From NCBI GenBank assembly GCA_013265495.1, contig MU058423.1, positions 2,371,061 to 2,435,060 on the forward strand: a stretch of DNA of 64,000 nt, read 5' to 3'. Below the pieces are notes generated by a model. The model did no database searches. It saw only the letters and a program-made list of their open reading frames with translations, and was not told where the DNA came from. The position numbers and the translations under genes are program-made. Below are positions 1-13,191 of this stretch, piece by piece; the stretch's first letter is position 1, and each line of letters begins with the position of its first letter. Source of the stretch: Vicugna vicugna (Eukaryota).

Positions 1-826
1 TGTCCTAATCTTCATCGGAAAAAGAGAATCACAAAGAGGATCATGTGTCAGCTGTTGTCTAAGCAACAGACAAGCTCACTTCCTATCTTTGGCCCTGCAT
101 GACTTCAGAGCAGACGGGGCAGAGAATTACCTGGAAACAGGAAGTGAGAATCTATGCCATCTGTATTCATCTGTTAATGCAATAAGCATTTCTCAGTGTC
201 TGCTGGACCCTGTTCTCATCCTGGTCAGTTGAATTACATGCCCTCCATGCTCACAGACCACCAGGGGAACAGACACCTCAGTGACCGTCCAACCTGAGGC
301 AGTGAGTGTGATGATGATGGAGAAATGTACGAAATACCCCAGGAGCCAGAGTGGCTTGGCTCCTGAAGATCACTGGAGGAAGCCGAATCTTGGAGCAGAG
401 AAGAGCCTGAGGGTTGGAAGAGTTTAAGTCCAGACATGGCTGCAGGACAGACCCTCCTCCCACCTCGTGTGATGTCAGGCTATTCCTTGCCTTGGTTCTC
501 TATGTTGGTTAGCCTAGTGCCAACTGAGAAGTCCAAGAGGAGGCTTCCTCACATGACAGCCAGGCTGGGTGGGGTGGGGAGGCCCAGAGCAGGGACAAGT
601 CGGGAGGGAAGTCTTTCCAGGGCTGCCCTATGTGAAGGGAGGAGAGACAAGAGGTGATTCCCACTCCAGTCTGCAGCACTGATCTCTGTGGCTGCCCTAA
701 GCCCTGAGCCAGGGTCCCAGTCCAGCCCCCGGCCCTCCAGCCAGATGGCAAATCTCTTTTCCCCTGGCTGGTGCTGTGCACTTTTTTCAAGGAGTAGGAA
801 GAGTCCGAGCAGCCCTCACATGTGAA

Positions 827-1062
827 GTAGTGAAGCATGGTGAGTAAGGGCATCAGCTCTGCGGCCACACTGCTTGGGTTGAAACCCCAGCTCTGCCTCC
901 TGCTAGCTCTGTGACTCTGAGTAAGTTACTTAACCTTTCTCTGCCTCAGTTTCCTCATCTGTAAAATGGAGATAATAATGACATCTTCCTCATAGGGCTT
1001 CTGTAAGGTCAAGTTATGTATAAAGTGTTTAGAACACTGGCTGCAATACAGTGGGTGCTGTA
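827..1062 (+). mobile_element. MIR SINE, near full length
   Basis: Contains the MIR core: gctctgtgactctgagtaagttacttaacctttctctgcctcagtttcctcatctgtaaaatggagataataat...cctcatagggc...aaagtgtttagaaca. Confidence 0.9.
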
Positions 1063-2004
1063 TAAGGGGGAGACCTATCATTATTAAGGAATAGTGAGGC
1101 CACGAGGGCATTGCATCTGTTGCCAATCAGTGCTACTCCAGGCTCAATTCAAAGAGGACTGCAGAGTGGCTGTGCTAATGCCTCCTCAGCACTGCCCTAG
1201 CGAGGGAAGAACGGGGCGGGGGGAGGGTCAGCACACACCACCGAGGCTGCTTCCATCTCAGGAAAGCCCCTCTCCTACCGTGAACATTCCTCTGGATCCT
1301 GTTATGGAGCGAGCCCTGCTCTGGGGGCCAGAAGGGTGCGCGGTTACTGGGGGGCAGGCTTCATCCTGGAGCCAAGAGGGTGCAGGACTGTGCTCCCAGC
1401 TCCGACTTGGACCAGAGCACCGGGAGTTGCTGACAGGAGCAGGAATGCAGTGTTCCTTGGGAGCCTCTTCCCTTCCCCTGACCACAGTTGGCCCACAGAA
1501 CTGCAACTACCAATCGGTCCATTCATTAGAAAACCTCCTGATTGTCGAGCCTGGCACAGCTCCCACCCTCTCCCTTACATTCCAGCCTCCAGACATGGGG
1601 CTGCTGGCCCCCAGAGCAGCCTGGCCATAGATCCTGGAGCGCTCTTCCCTTCCTTTCTCCCAGGAACAGGAGTCTGGGACAGAATCCAGGCGTGGTACTG
1701 TTAGGTAAGAATTCTCTTCCTGGAATTAAATTCCTTCTAAGAGACGGCGGTGCTCACCTCAGTGCTAGAAGCCAGGCAGGGCCAACACTAAATGATCTAG
1801 TCCTCAACATGGTGTACCAGGATTTGGCTGCTCCAAACAGGGACTTTGGGAAACTTGCTGGAACCCTCTGCACCTCAGTTTCTTCATCTGTAAAATGAGG
1901 ATTATAATAATTATGACCTCACATGATTAGTGATAGTATCAAATTCAGAATTTCCTAGAAAACTCTGTCCTCTTGGAAGACTCATGCAGATGTTGGCTAT
2001 CACT

Positions 2005-2170
2005 AGTAAAGAACTTGGGTTTGAAATCAGGGGCTCCACATTCAGATCCCAGATCTGCTTTCTGACTGCAAGACCTGGGGCGACGTAGGCAACCTCTTTT
2101 GAGCCTGCGATTGCTCATCTGTTAAGTGGAAACAATACTACCTGTCTTAGAGTTTGTGAAAAATCAGTTG
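2005..2170 (+). mobile_element. MIR SINE fragment
   Basis: Degenerate MIR-like sequence ttcagatcccagatctgct...aacctcttttgagcctgcgattgctcatctgttaagtggaaacaata. Confidence 0.65.
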
Positions 2171-2844
2171 TGAATGTTATAATCATTCACAGAGGTAGCA
2201 GTGCTGATATAGCAGAGGGAACTGGTCACCAAAAGGAAACCCGCTTCACAAGCGTCTTCTCTCCCACTCAGCTGCAGCCCCCTGTGCTGTAATCAGCCTA
2301 CAAATATTTATTGATTGGTTGAGGATGATTGATCCTAGATTCTGGTGCCAATATCCCTTGAAAAGCTGGAACTCCCAAGCCTCCCTGCACCAGGTCCAGG
2401 ACCTGCTTCACCAGATTTGGAACCGTCTGGCCTGGAGCCTCTCTCCCCTCCCTTTACCCCTGCCTTAGGTCAGATATTTATTTCCCTTAAAGCTCATAAA
2501 ACACTATTTCACTTACGCAAGAAGGATGTCATGCTGAAGCTATTTTATTAGGAAGGAAGCAGAAAACCATAGAGAATGTATTTTTAGAGCATAACAGTAG
2601 AAATCATATTCTGGTTCTTCCTTGAATTTAAAAACTAAGATCATCGACTTATGCCTAATTTTTAAGCCAACTTCAAAGAGGGAGTCTTCCCAGAGCTGAG
2701 TTTTGGAAGGAACCTAGACTGTGGACTCAGGTCAACCTGGATGCTCTGGGCCCCTGGGGAGTTTCAGGCCTTTCTGCAGAACTCAAGCGGAAAATCAGAC
2801 ATGTGCCTGTCAAACCACTAGTGCTTCTCCAGACAACAGTTAAC

Positions 2845-3290
2845 TCGTTCCTTTACTGAGCACCTACCAATCACCAGGCCCTAGTCACTAGGGTTAAAAC
2901 CATTGAAGAAGACCCATCCCTACCCGCCAGGGGCTCTCGGGCTTGTGAACACACTGCTCCCACACAGAGCAGCAGTGCTGGGTGGTGTTTGGAGCAGGTG
3001 AGTGGGTGGGAAGGGAGTCAGGAGGGCTTCCAGAAGGAGGAGACTTCGGAGCTGCATTGAGAGCAAAAGTGCACCAGCTACAGAAGCGGCGAAGGGAATT
3101 CCATGCACAGAGACCAGCAGAGGTGAGCGACAGTGTAGTGGGCAGTATGATTATTCTGGCATGGTTGGTGCTGGGAGGAAGGTTAGAAGTGGGAGAGAGG
3201 CCTGAGGGGGTCATACACACAACACTTGGCTTTCCCTTGAGGAGCAGCTGAGGAAGCTGGAGGGTGACAGGGTCAGATTCATCCATTCAG
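2845..3290 (-). mobile_element. L2 LINE 3' fragment
   Basis: tttactgagcacctacc...ccaggccctagt is the reverse complement of the L2 3' end, followed by L2-like purine-rich sequence (gtcaggagggcttccagaaggaggagac). Confidence 0.6.
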
Positions 3291-5798
3291 TGAATGTTTT
3301 CTGAGCATAGGGCCCTGTACTTAGGTTCTGAGGGGCCCATGAAGAGGTGCACATGGTACTGCATGGACTCTCGTCCTCAGGATATGCAGCATCTAATCAG
3401 AAAGTGAAGGGGTTTAGAGGGTGCCAGAGACTCAACTACATTTATCAGCTAAAAGGAAGTTGCCCAGAGAGAAAAAGACTAAACAGATGTAGAGACAGAG
3501 GTCACTGGAGGAGCGGGGTCCTGGGAGCGAGTGGGGTAAGATCAAGGATGCAAGGAAAGATTTTACGGGGTCAGGAGAAGAGATGTTTTGCCTTTGAGGT
3601 CAATGATGTGGGTTTGGCAAAAGAAAAGAGGTTCAAGAGACTAAATGCTGTTGAGAGAGAAGTTCAGGTGATCAGTGGTGGGTCCAGGTGAGGAGGGAAA
3701 GGGAGGGGCCAGGAGAAATTCACTGCCTCATTCAGCAAACAAGAAGCGTGATTACTGAGCACTGGCAGGGACCAGGGACAGAACCACACCATTGTGGTTT
3801 CTGCCCCCAGGGACTCATGACCTCCTTCGACCTGGCCTGCTGTCCCTCTCTACCCCTCCCAAGTCCTCCTGGTGAAATCGTGTCTTCTAAGGCCCTCCTG
3901 AAAGAGCCCTGCTTGGGAAGACTTCCCGTTGGTCTCAGCAGGAATGCTTTGCTCTGCCTCTGGACCCATGGTGCTTTAGTCTCTGCCCCTCCTGTGTTTG
4001 TGTCTCCCTTTGTGAGTACATTTCTTCCCCTTCAGCCAACTAAACTATGAGCTGTCTGAGGCTAGAAACCGCTTTCGGTCTTCCACAGGATCAAATATAC
4101 TAGATACTCAATAAAAGCTTGTTGAATGGAATTAATGAATGAATGGATTTCAGGAACCCGGGTCATTTCCCCTGCTGGAAATGCCCTCTCCTCCCTTGTT
4201 CCTAAGCTGAGCACCTCCCTTCCATCTCACTGTGGCCTGTCCTGGGGCTGGCTGCTGGGTCACATGCTTGTCATGGGCCCTCTGCACTTGGTTGAGGTCA
4301 TGGGCTCAGGCAGGCTGCCAGAGCCACAGGGTTTGAACCCACTCTGTTAGTGAGTCGAGGTGTGAGCAGAACCCGGGGTGGGGGGGTGGTCTATGGAGGC
4401 TCACCAGAAGCTCCGGAGACCTGTGTGCCTACCAGGATGCTGGAGCAAGCCTCAGGCCTTCCTCCCTCACCGATTCTCCTTTTCTTGCTCCAGCCCTGTG
4501 CCCTGCAGGGCAGTCCTGTTAGTGGACACCGCTGACCACTGTGGCTTGTCCAGTGCCATAGTGGCTCCACACGCCTTCCCCCTTGTCTGCTGGCAGGGCC
4601 TTCCTCTGGCTGGTCCCAGCCTTCTGCTTCAGCCTCATCTTCTATTATCCACCCATAGGCACTGCAAGAATTGGATACGCATCCACTCAGTACATCTTTA
4701 CTGAATGTTTATTATGGCCTGGCTTAAGGTTAGATGCTATAATTTCCCAAATAAAAGGCAGTCCACTGCCAAGGAGCTCACAGTCCAGCAGGGCTAGAGA
4801 GGGTCAGGCAAGTAAGTAGCCAACCACAGTGCACCCCTATAGTTAGTGCCACAGGCAGGAGGCCCAGGTTGGGACCCCCAGGAGGGGTGGAGAGGTCAGG
4901 AACAGTTTCCAGGGGATAAGAAGGGAGAGGCAAGGGAAGAAAAGAAGGGAGGGGAGGGGCATCCAGATAGAGGGAGCAGCAGAGGCAGAGGGGCAGAGAG
5001 GAGTGTGGATTGGGGTGGCCGAGTGTGGGTGACAGAAGGTTTGATAGGGCAAAGACTGGTGATGCCATAGACCTGTCTCTAGGCCTCTATTCCCACCTGA
5101 GGAAATCAGCCTCTCCTTAAAGCCCTCTCAGCTGCCACCTTCTCCAAGAATTCCTATTTCCCCCACCTGTGTGGTTTCAGCCTTCTCAGAGCTCCATGAC
5201 ATCTGTATCCCTCTGTGGGCCCTTTTTCATGTTCCAGCTTATTTTTGGCCTATCTGTGTACCTGCTCTACCCTCTCCACCAGACTGGGAACTCCTCGGGA
5301 GCAGGGACGTGTTATTTCAATACTCTCCACAAATATTTAACGAGGATGCACTCTAGGCCAAATTTTGGGTACTGGGAATACAGCAGAGACCAAGATGGAC
5401 AAATTGAATTAAAATACCTAGGTGCCCACCCAGATCACCTGTGTCCCTTTAACAGGCTCTCCAGTGAGTCATCAGGAAGTTTCTTAATAAGCAAGGATTT
5501 CATCCAAATGGAAGGCAGTTGTCTGGTGCCGCTTGTTGTGTGACATTCAGGGAATCTCATAACCTCTCTGACAGGGATGAAAGAAACTCCTCCCTCGGGG
5601 TCTTGCCATGAGAAAATGCAGTAACAAGTGTGAAGGTGCCGGGTGAGCTTTGCAGCAGCTTCCAGAGGCCAGAGGATCGGGGATGGAGTGCTCTTCCACT
5701 GCTTCCCGCCAGAGTGCACCTTCCAGAAGATGCTCACTCTTGATCTGGACTCCCTGCCCGGACAAGGCCCTCAGGCTCAGCTGCTCATCTCCAGCTTG

Positions 5799-5863
5799 CC
5801 CTCTCTTCTTCTCCTCCTCCTCCTCCTCCTCCTCCTTCTCCTTCTTCTTCTTCTTCTTCTTTT
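5799..5863. repeat. Compound (CTC)n(CTT)n microsatellite, 65-bp pure pyrimidine tract
   Basis: Seen directly. It generates the poly-Leu, poly-Ser and poly-Lys/Glu runs in overlapping ORFs. Confidence 0.95.
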
Positions 5864-6679
5864 GCACTTTTTAACCAGCAAGGAAAAACTACTTGTACTA
5901 CTAGGAAGCCTCATGTGTGGGGGTTTGATTTCCAAAACTACAGTTTACCCTCTGATTCTAGAGGATCTACTTCTTGGTTTATTTAACCTCTGGATTGAAT
6001 TCGCATCCACATGTCAACATCAGAAGAATGGGAGTTTCTCAGACATGTTTATCTAGTGGAGCCCCTAAAAGCCAGCACATATTTTGTGGAACTCAAAAAA
6101 AAGTATTGTGTGCAACCTCCAATCACCCTTCTCTGTGCTAAATCAGAGACCACTGGCTCCTTGATTCATACAGAGGTAAGCGGTAGCTGCAGCCAAAGTT
6201 TTAAGGTTTCAGAAGAATGTCAGGATCTCATGTCTTTATTGGAGAATATTTTACACTCAGTTCTTCAGACTGAAGGAAGGACATCTTTATGTATGTTTAG
6301 GGGTGGGACTCTTGCTCCAGAGAACAGAATTTGAGAGCTCTGGGACTCAGAGTTGGGCCAAACTTCAAAAGCAATGGCCCAGGATCCTAAGGGCTCAGCT
6401 GGCCTCCTGGCTGCCCTAGCTCTTTTTGTTTTCCTTTCTTTTAAATAGGCTACCCCCAAATGCCTATGACCTCGATTTTCTCTCTCTCTTCCTGCCCCTT
6501 CCTGGAAAGGTCATGGCAGCTAGCTAGGAACCTGGGTTTTGGAGCAAGACTGTCAGCGTTCAGTACCTTTTACTGATCGTGTGACCTAGGACAAGCTTTC
6601 TGTGCCTCTGTTGCCTTATTTGGAAAATAGCAAGGATAATGATAGCACTGACCTCAACGGCATTGGTCTGATGACTTAA

Positions 6680-6897
6680 CACGGGGGCCAGAGGATCTTT
6701 TCTATAAAGGGCCAGAGAGTAAAAATTTTTGGTATACTGGTCATGCTGTCTCTGTCATCACTATTAAACTCTGCCATTGTATCTCGAAGATAGCCATAGG
6801 CAGTGCATACACCAAGGGGCATGGGGGCCAGTAAAACTTTGTATCTAAATATAGGCAGGGAGCTGAATTTTCCCCGAGGCTCAGAGTTTGCTCCACT
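6680..6897 (+). mobile_element. MER58A-like hAT-Charlie MITE
   Basis: ttttctataaagggccagagagtaaaaatttttgg...gtctctgtcatcactattaaactctgccattgta...gccagtaaaactttgt...agtttgc resembles the MER58A consensus as recalled. Confidence 0.8.
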
Positions 6898-7964
6898 AAG
6901 TTATTGATGAAGACAGGGCTTGGGGTATAGGAACCAATGAACAAATATTAGCAATTGTTACTCCTTTATGAATAAACTAAATATTTGAGCACCCATTCTG
7001 TGCTAAGCACTGTCCTCACAGCCATGAGAAACACAGGCAAGGTCCCTGAGCTGGCAGAGCTTAGGTTATGGGTTGGGGACAGGAGTAAATGAGGAAACCG
7101 ATGACAGGGAATAGCAGGCAGTGGGGAGGGCTACTGTGAGAATGTACTAGGGGCCAGGATAGTGATGTCAGGGCTGCCTCTATCAGAGGGGTGGTCAGGG
7201 AGGTCTTCTTGGAGGGTGTGACATTTAAGCCAAGACCATGACAGACAGTGAGCCTTGTGGCAACTCTGACAAGAAAATTCTGGGCTCTGGCTCTCACTTC
7301 TGCCCTTGGCCCAGTTCTGAACTAGCTGTAGGGTCTCCAGTGCTGAGAGGACTTGGAGAAGGGAAGTGAGTGGGAGGAAAGATAGGACAGAAAGGAAAAT
7401 CGGGGTCCCTTCTGATCTGCAACTTGGGGTGCGGCAGTGATTGTGGGAAGGGCGTCTCCGCATCCTCCTGACCCACAGCCCCTCTCCAGGGATAGATCCC
7501 TTTCCTCAATGCCCCCCCCCAGCCCTGCTTCCCCCTCACCTTCTCTCCTCCCACTGCCTGCCTCAAAGCCCTTGACACAGTCCTGGAACCCACTTTTGCT
7601 CTTCACATCTGTCTCTGGGTCCCAAGCTGGCTTTAGCCAGCTATTCACTATTGCAGCCGGAAAGCCTCCTTCCCTGCCCCCTCCCCTGTCCCCAACCGTC
7701 CAGCAGTGGGTCTAGATTCTGCTTCCTCCTCTGCAGGGGAGGTTGGAACTCTATACACAGGAGATAGACTGGGTTCCCCTGGAACCTCTCTGAGACACAG
7801 AAACCAGACCTGGAAGGGAACTTAGAAGTCCTGTCCATTGGTTCATGGTTTCTACTCTTTGATGGAGAAAACGCCTGTGTGTATATGGATTCTGGGCCCT
7901 GCTCCATGTTTCCTCTCTTCCCTACCTTCACACCCAACCTTGCAGCTTGTTCTCTCTCTCTCAA

Positions 7965-8230
7965 CATCTGTATTGAGGTGTAACTGATATACAAAACACT
8001 GTGTACATTTAATGTACACAATCTGATGAGTTTGGACATAGGCATACACCCATGAAACCATCACCACAACTGAGGTAGTGGACTTATCTGCCAGCTCTGA
8101 AAATTTCCTTGTGTTCCTTTGTGTTTGGTTTTGCTTTGTTTTGTTTTTGTGGTAAGAATACTTACCAAGAGAGCTACCCTCCTAACCAAATTGTGAGCGC
8201 AAGGAACAGCATCGTTAACTATAGGCACTT
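7965..8230 (-). mobile_element. Old L1 (L1M-type) 3' end fragment
   Basis: tattgaggtgtaactgatatacaaaacactgtgtacatttaatgtacacaatctgatgagtttggacata...ccatgaaaccatcaccaca...gttaactataggcac. Confidence 0.8.
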
Positions 8231-9246
8231 TAGCCTTCTCTTATTAAACATTCTGGCTCACACAGAATTCTGTGGCATGGCCTGGCCGAGGAACTAGGCC
8301 ACCACACGTGATGTCGTTCTTCTATAGAAAACAAATTCTAAGCTCCAACAACCTTTGGGGTTGGAGCCAGCCTGCCTCGGTGACTGCCATAATGAGTTAA
8401 CTCTTGCCAGCTTCTATGTCAGAGGGATGGGTTACTTGACCTGGTCCTATTCCAGGATACACCCTTCTGGGAGCCTGTAGCCATCCGCCCCCTCCTTCAG
8501 TTCTCACTTCCTTAAGAAGCCTTGTTAGACTTTGTCCCCACTCTGATGCCCTCACTGGCTCCAGCATCCGCCTCAGAACCAGCCCTGGCTGGTGTGCCCT
8601 CTTCACCCCAACCAACCAGCGAAGGCTAGAATGGCACCTCCTCTCTCCTTCGTTGTCCTCACCTCCCGAGCTAGCCAGGAGAGGGTTTCCAGGGCTGCCT
8701 GACTCACCACCAACTGGTATTGTCAGGCTGGCTGTCATGTGGCACCGTGGTTCCTGTGGGGGGGGCAGTGTGGGTAGGGTGGGGGTGCTCCCAGGCCATT
8801 CGAGGGCCTCCCTCCCCACTCCTTGCTGTCCTGTGTTGCTGTCTTGGTGCCCAGAAAGCTGCCATGGAAGGGAAAGTGTGACCCTCTTCCTGTCAACAAT
8901 GACTTTCTGCTCCAAGCTGACCCCCCGGCGGGTGAGTCACTAGGAAAGGCAGTCAGTGGAGGAGGAAGCATGGGCTGGGAGCTTTCCTCCACAGCCCGGG
9001 GCTGCCAGAGGCCTGGACCTAGACAGAGGTTTTCTAGCTGAAAGAGGGCCTTGGGACAGGCTCCCTGGGGCTCCTCAAGTGGGAGTGATCTCCAGACTCC
9101 TCCTCTCTCCCCTAGCCCCTACAGGCCACACCAGATTGATGTTCTTAAACATGGCTTTGACCATGCCACAGCTTGCTTATAATCTTTGGAGGCTCCTCAC
9201 TGCCTCTGGGATAAAGTTCAAATGCCTTAGCTTGGCCCAATCTTCC

Positions 9247-9336
9247 TTTTTTTTTGTTTTTTAAAATGGAGGTACTGGGAATTGAACCTTGTCCATGCTA
9301 AGCACGCACTCTACCACTGAGCTATACCCTCCCCCC
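9247..9336 (-). mobile_element. tRNA-Ala-derived SINE (camelid vic-1-like), short copy
   Basis: The reverse complement reads ggggagggtatagctcagtggtagagtgcgtgcttagcatggacaaggttcaattcccagtacctccatttt followed by an A-rich tail. Imperfect TSD cccaa(t/c)cttcc at 9236-9246 and 9334-9344. Confidence 0.88.
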
Positions 9337-9529
9337 AACCTTCCATTTGACCTCATCTCCCTTCACTCCCCTCCTGCCCTCCACTCCCATCCAGTGGCCT
9401 CCTCTGCTCCTGGATGTGGCAGTGCCCATGGCAATCCTACATCTTTGCCTTTGCCATGCTTCTTCTCCATCACTCCCTATGATGCCTTTTCCTTTCCAGA
9501 TACGCTCAACCCCATTTCCATTCTCTCAT

Positions 9530-10690
9530 CATCCATCCATCCATTCAAAAAACATTTGTTGTGCACCTTCTACTAGAATCCTAAGGCGGGGAAGGTATAG
9601 CTCAAGTGGTAGAGTTCATGCTTATCATGCATGAGGTGCTGGGTTTGATCCCCAGTACTTCCTCTAAGAATAAATAAATAAGTAAACCTAATTACCTACC
9701 CCCACTAAATATCAATCAATTGATCAGTCAGTCAATCAAAGAATGCCAAGCCCTGTGCCAAGAGCTGAGGTTTCTACTGCCAACAAGCTAGGCCAGGTAA
9801 GCACTCATGGACTGGCCAGGCTTGTGGAGGGGACAGAGACATAAACAGACTCTTGCAACATAGAAAGGGGATCACCTGGGAGGAGCACCTCACCCAGCCT
9901 TGGGAAGATCATGGAGGGCTTGCTGGAGGAGGTGACGCTGCTGATTTCTTGAGGAGTGAGTAGGAGTTGGGTAGGCAAGGAAACTAGGGAGGAAAGGGGC
10001 AGCAAGGATATTGGGATCAGAGGAAACAGAAAGTAGGAAGGCCTGAGGCAAGAAACAGTGCATTCTAGGAACTGAAACTTGATCTAAAGTTTGGAACAGA
10101 GGGTGTGAAAGGGAGTAGTGAGAGAAGAGGCTAAGTTACCCAGGGGCTTTTCAGAATTTAAACTTTATCCTAAGAGCCATGAGAAGTTTATAGCAGAGGC
10201 TCACAATGAGCAGATCTGCACTTTAGCTGATCCAGAGGGACCAGAGTGTGGACCACAGATTGGAGGAGGGCAAGAGACAGGCTCAGAGACCTGTTAGGAG
10301 GTGATTTCTATGATCTGGGCAGGAGGCAATGATGGCCGGGGACCTGAAGTGAAGAAGGGTCCAGAACTCTTTTCAGCTCTTTTCAGGACTGGTGATTTCA
10401 GCTAACAGAACTCATCCAGCTAACCAGTGGAGGGGAGAGGAGTCAAGTGTGGTTCCCAGGTTTCTGATTAAGCAGGTGGGCAATGGGTCCATTTTACTGA
10501 GAAGAGCAGGTCTGTGGGCAGGGGATGATGAGTGCAAACTTGGACATGTTCAGTTTCAGCTCCCAGAGGGGCTGGTTGAGGGCAGACAAGTGCCAGAGAG
10601 AGTGGACAAGGTGAGATTTCTCAAGAGAGGTCTGCGTTGGAGGATACACCTGGGGGTCCAGCTGTAGATGGTGACTGACCTGGGAGAGGA
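9530..10690 (-). mobile_element. L2 LINE 3' portion, interrupted by a SINE at 9586-9739
   Basis: Begins atccatccattcaaaaaacatttgttgtgcacc (reverse complement of the L2 tail) and continues with an L2-like body (tttatcctaagagccatgagaag...aaacttggacatgttcagttt). Confidence 0.75.
9586..9739 (+). mobile_element. tRNA-Ala-derived SINE (camelid vic-1-like)
   Basis: ggggaaggtatagctcaagtggtagagttcatgcttatcatgcatgaggtgctgggtttgatccccagtacttcc-aataaataaataagtaaacctaattacct, with A/B boxes. Degenerate TSD agaatcctaag / agaatgccaag. Confidence 0.9.
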
Positions 10691-11184
10691 TGAGCTTTCC
10701 ATCTTTCATGAGGCCTACGCCACTGCCTCCAGCTGACTGCAGCCAGCCCCAGCCCTCCCTGCACACAGTACATGCTGCTTTGTGTTAATTAGCTTTTCTC
10801 TAAGTATGGATCATCTTTCTGTTCAGAGAATTACCAGAGGTCAGCTTTTGCAACATCCTCGTGACAGGGGTGAGAGCCTGATCCAGAACAAGAGGAGACA
10901 GATACAAGAAATATTTTAAAAGGGGATTTAATGGGACTTGGGATTGGCAGGGTGTATGGGCTGGGGAGCAGGAGGAGTCACAGTTACCCCTAGTTTACCA
11001 AAGAGGCAGATGGTTTAGACCAGAGGGCAGGAAGAGGAACAGGTTTCTGGAGTACAAAAATGGGTTAAGTTTTGGATCCACTAAATTTGTGGGGATGCCT
11101 GCAGAATCTCTAACTGTAAAAATCCAGAAAAACATAGGAATTGGAGGCTAAGAGGAGAGTCCGGAGTTATATATGAGGCAGTTT

Positions 11185-11545
11185 CATCCACCACCCCTCC
11201 TCCTGCTCCAGCCACATTAGCCTTCTTTACAAGTTCATTTCTCATCTCAGTGCCTTTGCACTTGCTCTTTCCTCTGCTCAAAACATTCTCTTCTCAGACA
11301 TTTACATGGCTTTTGGATCTAATTAATTCAGGTTTCCATCTGGAGTAGCCCTTTACCCCATCACTCTATCCTGCTCTAATTTTCATCATAATGTTAATTG
11401 CTCCCCAGCATTCTGTTGTAAAGTTGTTTACGTGCTCTTCTGTCTTCACCACTGGAATGTGACTTCCCTCAGGGCAAGGGTTCAGTCTGTCTGGTTCACC
11501 TTCACCTAGAAGGCGCCCAAGGAGAGCCCAGCGTGGGCACATTAT
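11185..11545 (+). mobile_element. L2 LINE 3' end
   Basis: gctccagccacattagccttc...cagtgcctttgcacttgctctttcctctgc...ctggaatgtgacttccctcagggcaaggg. Confidence 0.7.
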
Positions 11546-12074
11546 GAACACTGGTGATAGAATGGTTCACCAGGGAGTTCAACAGCTGTGCCAGCAGCAG
11601 GGGCAGGATGGGGGTCACAGTGGGATGCTGTCAGAGAGGAGGAGAAGGGGTCTGGAGCAGAACCCAGGAAGGACCTTAGGACACTAACACTTTGGGCAGA
11701 GGAGGGGGCCCCCAGAGCAGGGAAGAAGGATGGTTGACAGTGGACCTTGAACAGACAGTTGTATTTTGCACCTCGTATGGGAGCCCCAGGTGGTACGTGC
11801 GGGAACAAAATGCCCAGGGAGTGGAGAGTCCCAGCAGGAGGAAGGGCTGAAATCACAGAGACCTCAGAGAGTTCTCCTCTGAAAAAGCCGCTTGGGAGTA
11901 GGCCACTGGTGGCACTTCTGTGGCGTGTGGGGACAAACTCCAGATATAGTAGAGTAAACTAGGAGATTAGCAGGGGAGGGGAACTAGGCACTGTGTGCCA
12001 GGCTCTGGAATGATAACTGTGGGGGTGGGGAGGTGGAGGGAGGGGAGGGGGATCGGCTATGAGGAATGATGTTC

Positions 12075-12667
12075 ACAGCCTCCTAATGGCTCTCCTGGCC
12101 CCACATTGGCAGTGAACTTCCCAAACAGAGTAATCTTAAAAACATAAATCAGATCAGTTCACTCCCCTGCTCAAAACCATTACTTAGAATAAAACCAAGC
12201 TCCCTAATGTGACAAACAAGGCCCTGCCCTGCCTTCTCCTCTGACCTCATCCCCCCAACACAGGCCCTGCTCACTCCACTCGAGCCACTCGGGCTCCAGG
12301 CTGGTCCTTGAGCCAAGCACCTCCCTGGCCCAGAACATTGGCACTGCTGTTCCCTCAGCCCAAACGCTCGCCCCCAGGGTGTCGCCCAGCCCTCTCTCCC
12401 TTACTGCTTACTCAGGTCTCGTCCTCCGAGAGGCTTTTCCTGAGCACCCTGAGATGGAACTATCCCACCTTCTGTCATCTTAGCCTGCTTTACTTTTCTG
12501 CAGAGCAGAAAATTATTATATGCTAAATATTCATTTGTTGGTGAGCTTCTTACTCATCTTCCTCACTGAAGTGTAAGCTCCAGGAGGACAGGGGTTTTTG
12601 TTTTGTTCACTGCTACATCTTAGTACGTGGAACGCTGCCTGGCACACGATATGTGAATAAATGAATA
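12075..12667 (+). mobile_element. L2 LINE 3' end
   Basis: cagcctcctaatggctctcc...aaacataaatcagatca...gtaagctccaggaggacaggg...gcctggcacacgatatgtgaataaatgaat. Confidence 0.8.
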
Positions 12668-13191
12668 GCTGAGTGTCTAAAGCAAATTTACAAGTAGCAC
12701 TTGTATACAGTGGCTCTTCAAGCCCCTTTGCAAATGAACATTCTCATTTTACAGAAGAACAAGCCTAGGCTCAGAGCAGCTGAAGGACTTGCCCAGACAG
12801 GCCGCTGCAGGCAGGGGAGCGCAGACCAGATCCCACACTCCGCTCACCGTGCCTTAAGGACACTCCACAGAGAGGACAAACCTAGGCCCTCTCTCAGCTT
12901 TCTCTGGCTTGAGGAGGGAAATGAGGGGAAGACTAAGGAGAAAAAAGAAATGAGAGGAAGAAGCTTTGATGGGGAAGGAGGAGGAACCTTGAGGAGCCAG
13001 AAGGGTGGGGCAGCCTGCCTTGTGCGGGAAGCCAGCACCCTGCAATCCCGCCTGGAAAGGGCACCTTGGATCCTGACAGCCCACTTATACCTCCAGGGGA
13101 TAAGCAGGGGCTTGTCTCAGGAGAGGATGCCCTTGCAAATGAAGCCCTGACCCTGTGTGGCCGCCCTCCCATCCCCTCCCTTCAGGCTTCT

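Noticed and set aside
5643..6056. 137-aa ORF with a poly-Leu stretch resembling a signal peptide or TM helix
   Set aside because: The stretch is the translation of the (CTC)n(CTT)n microsatellite.
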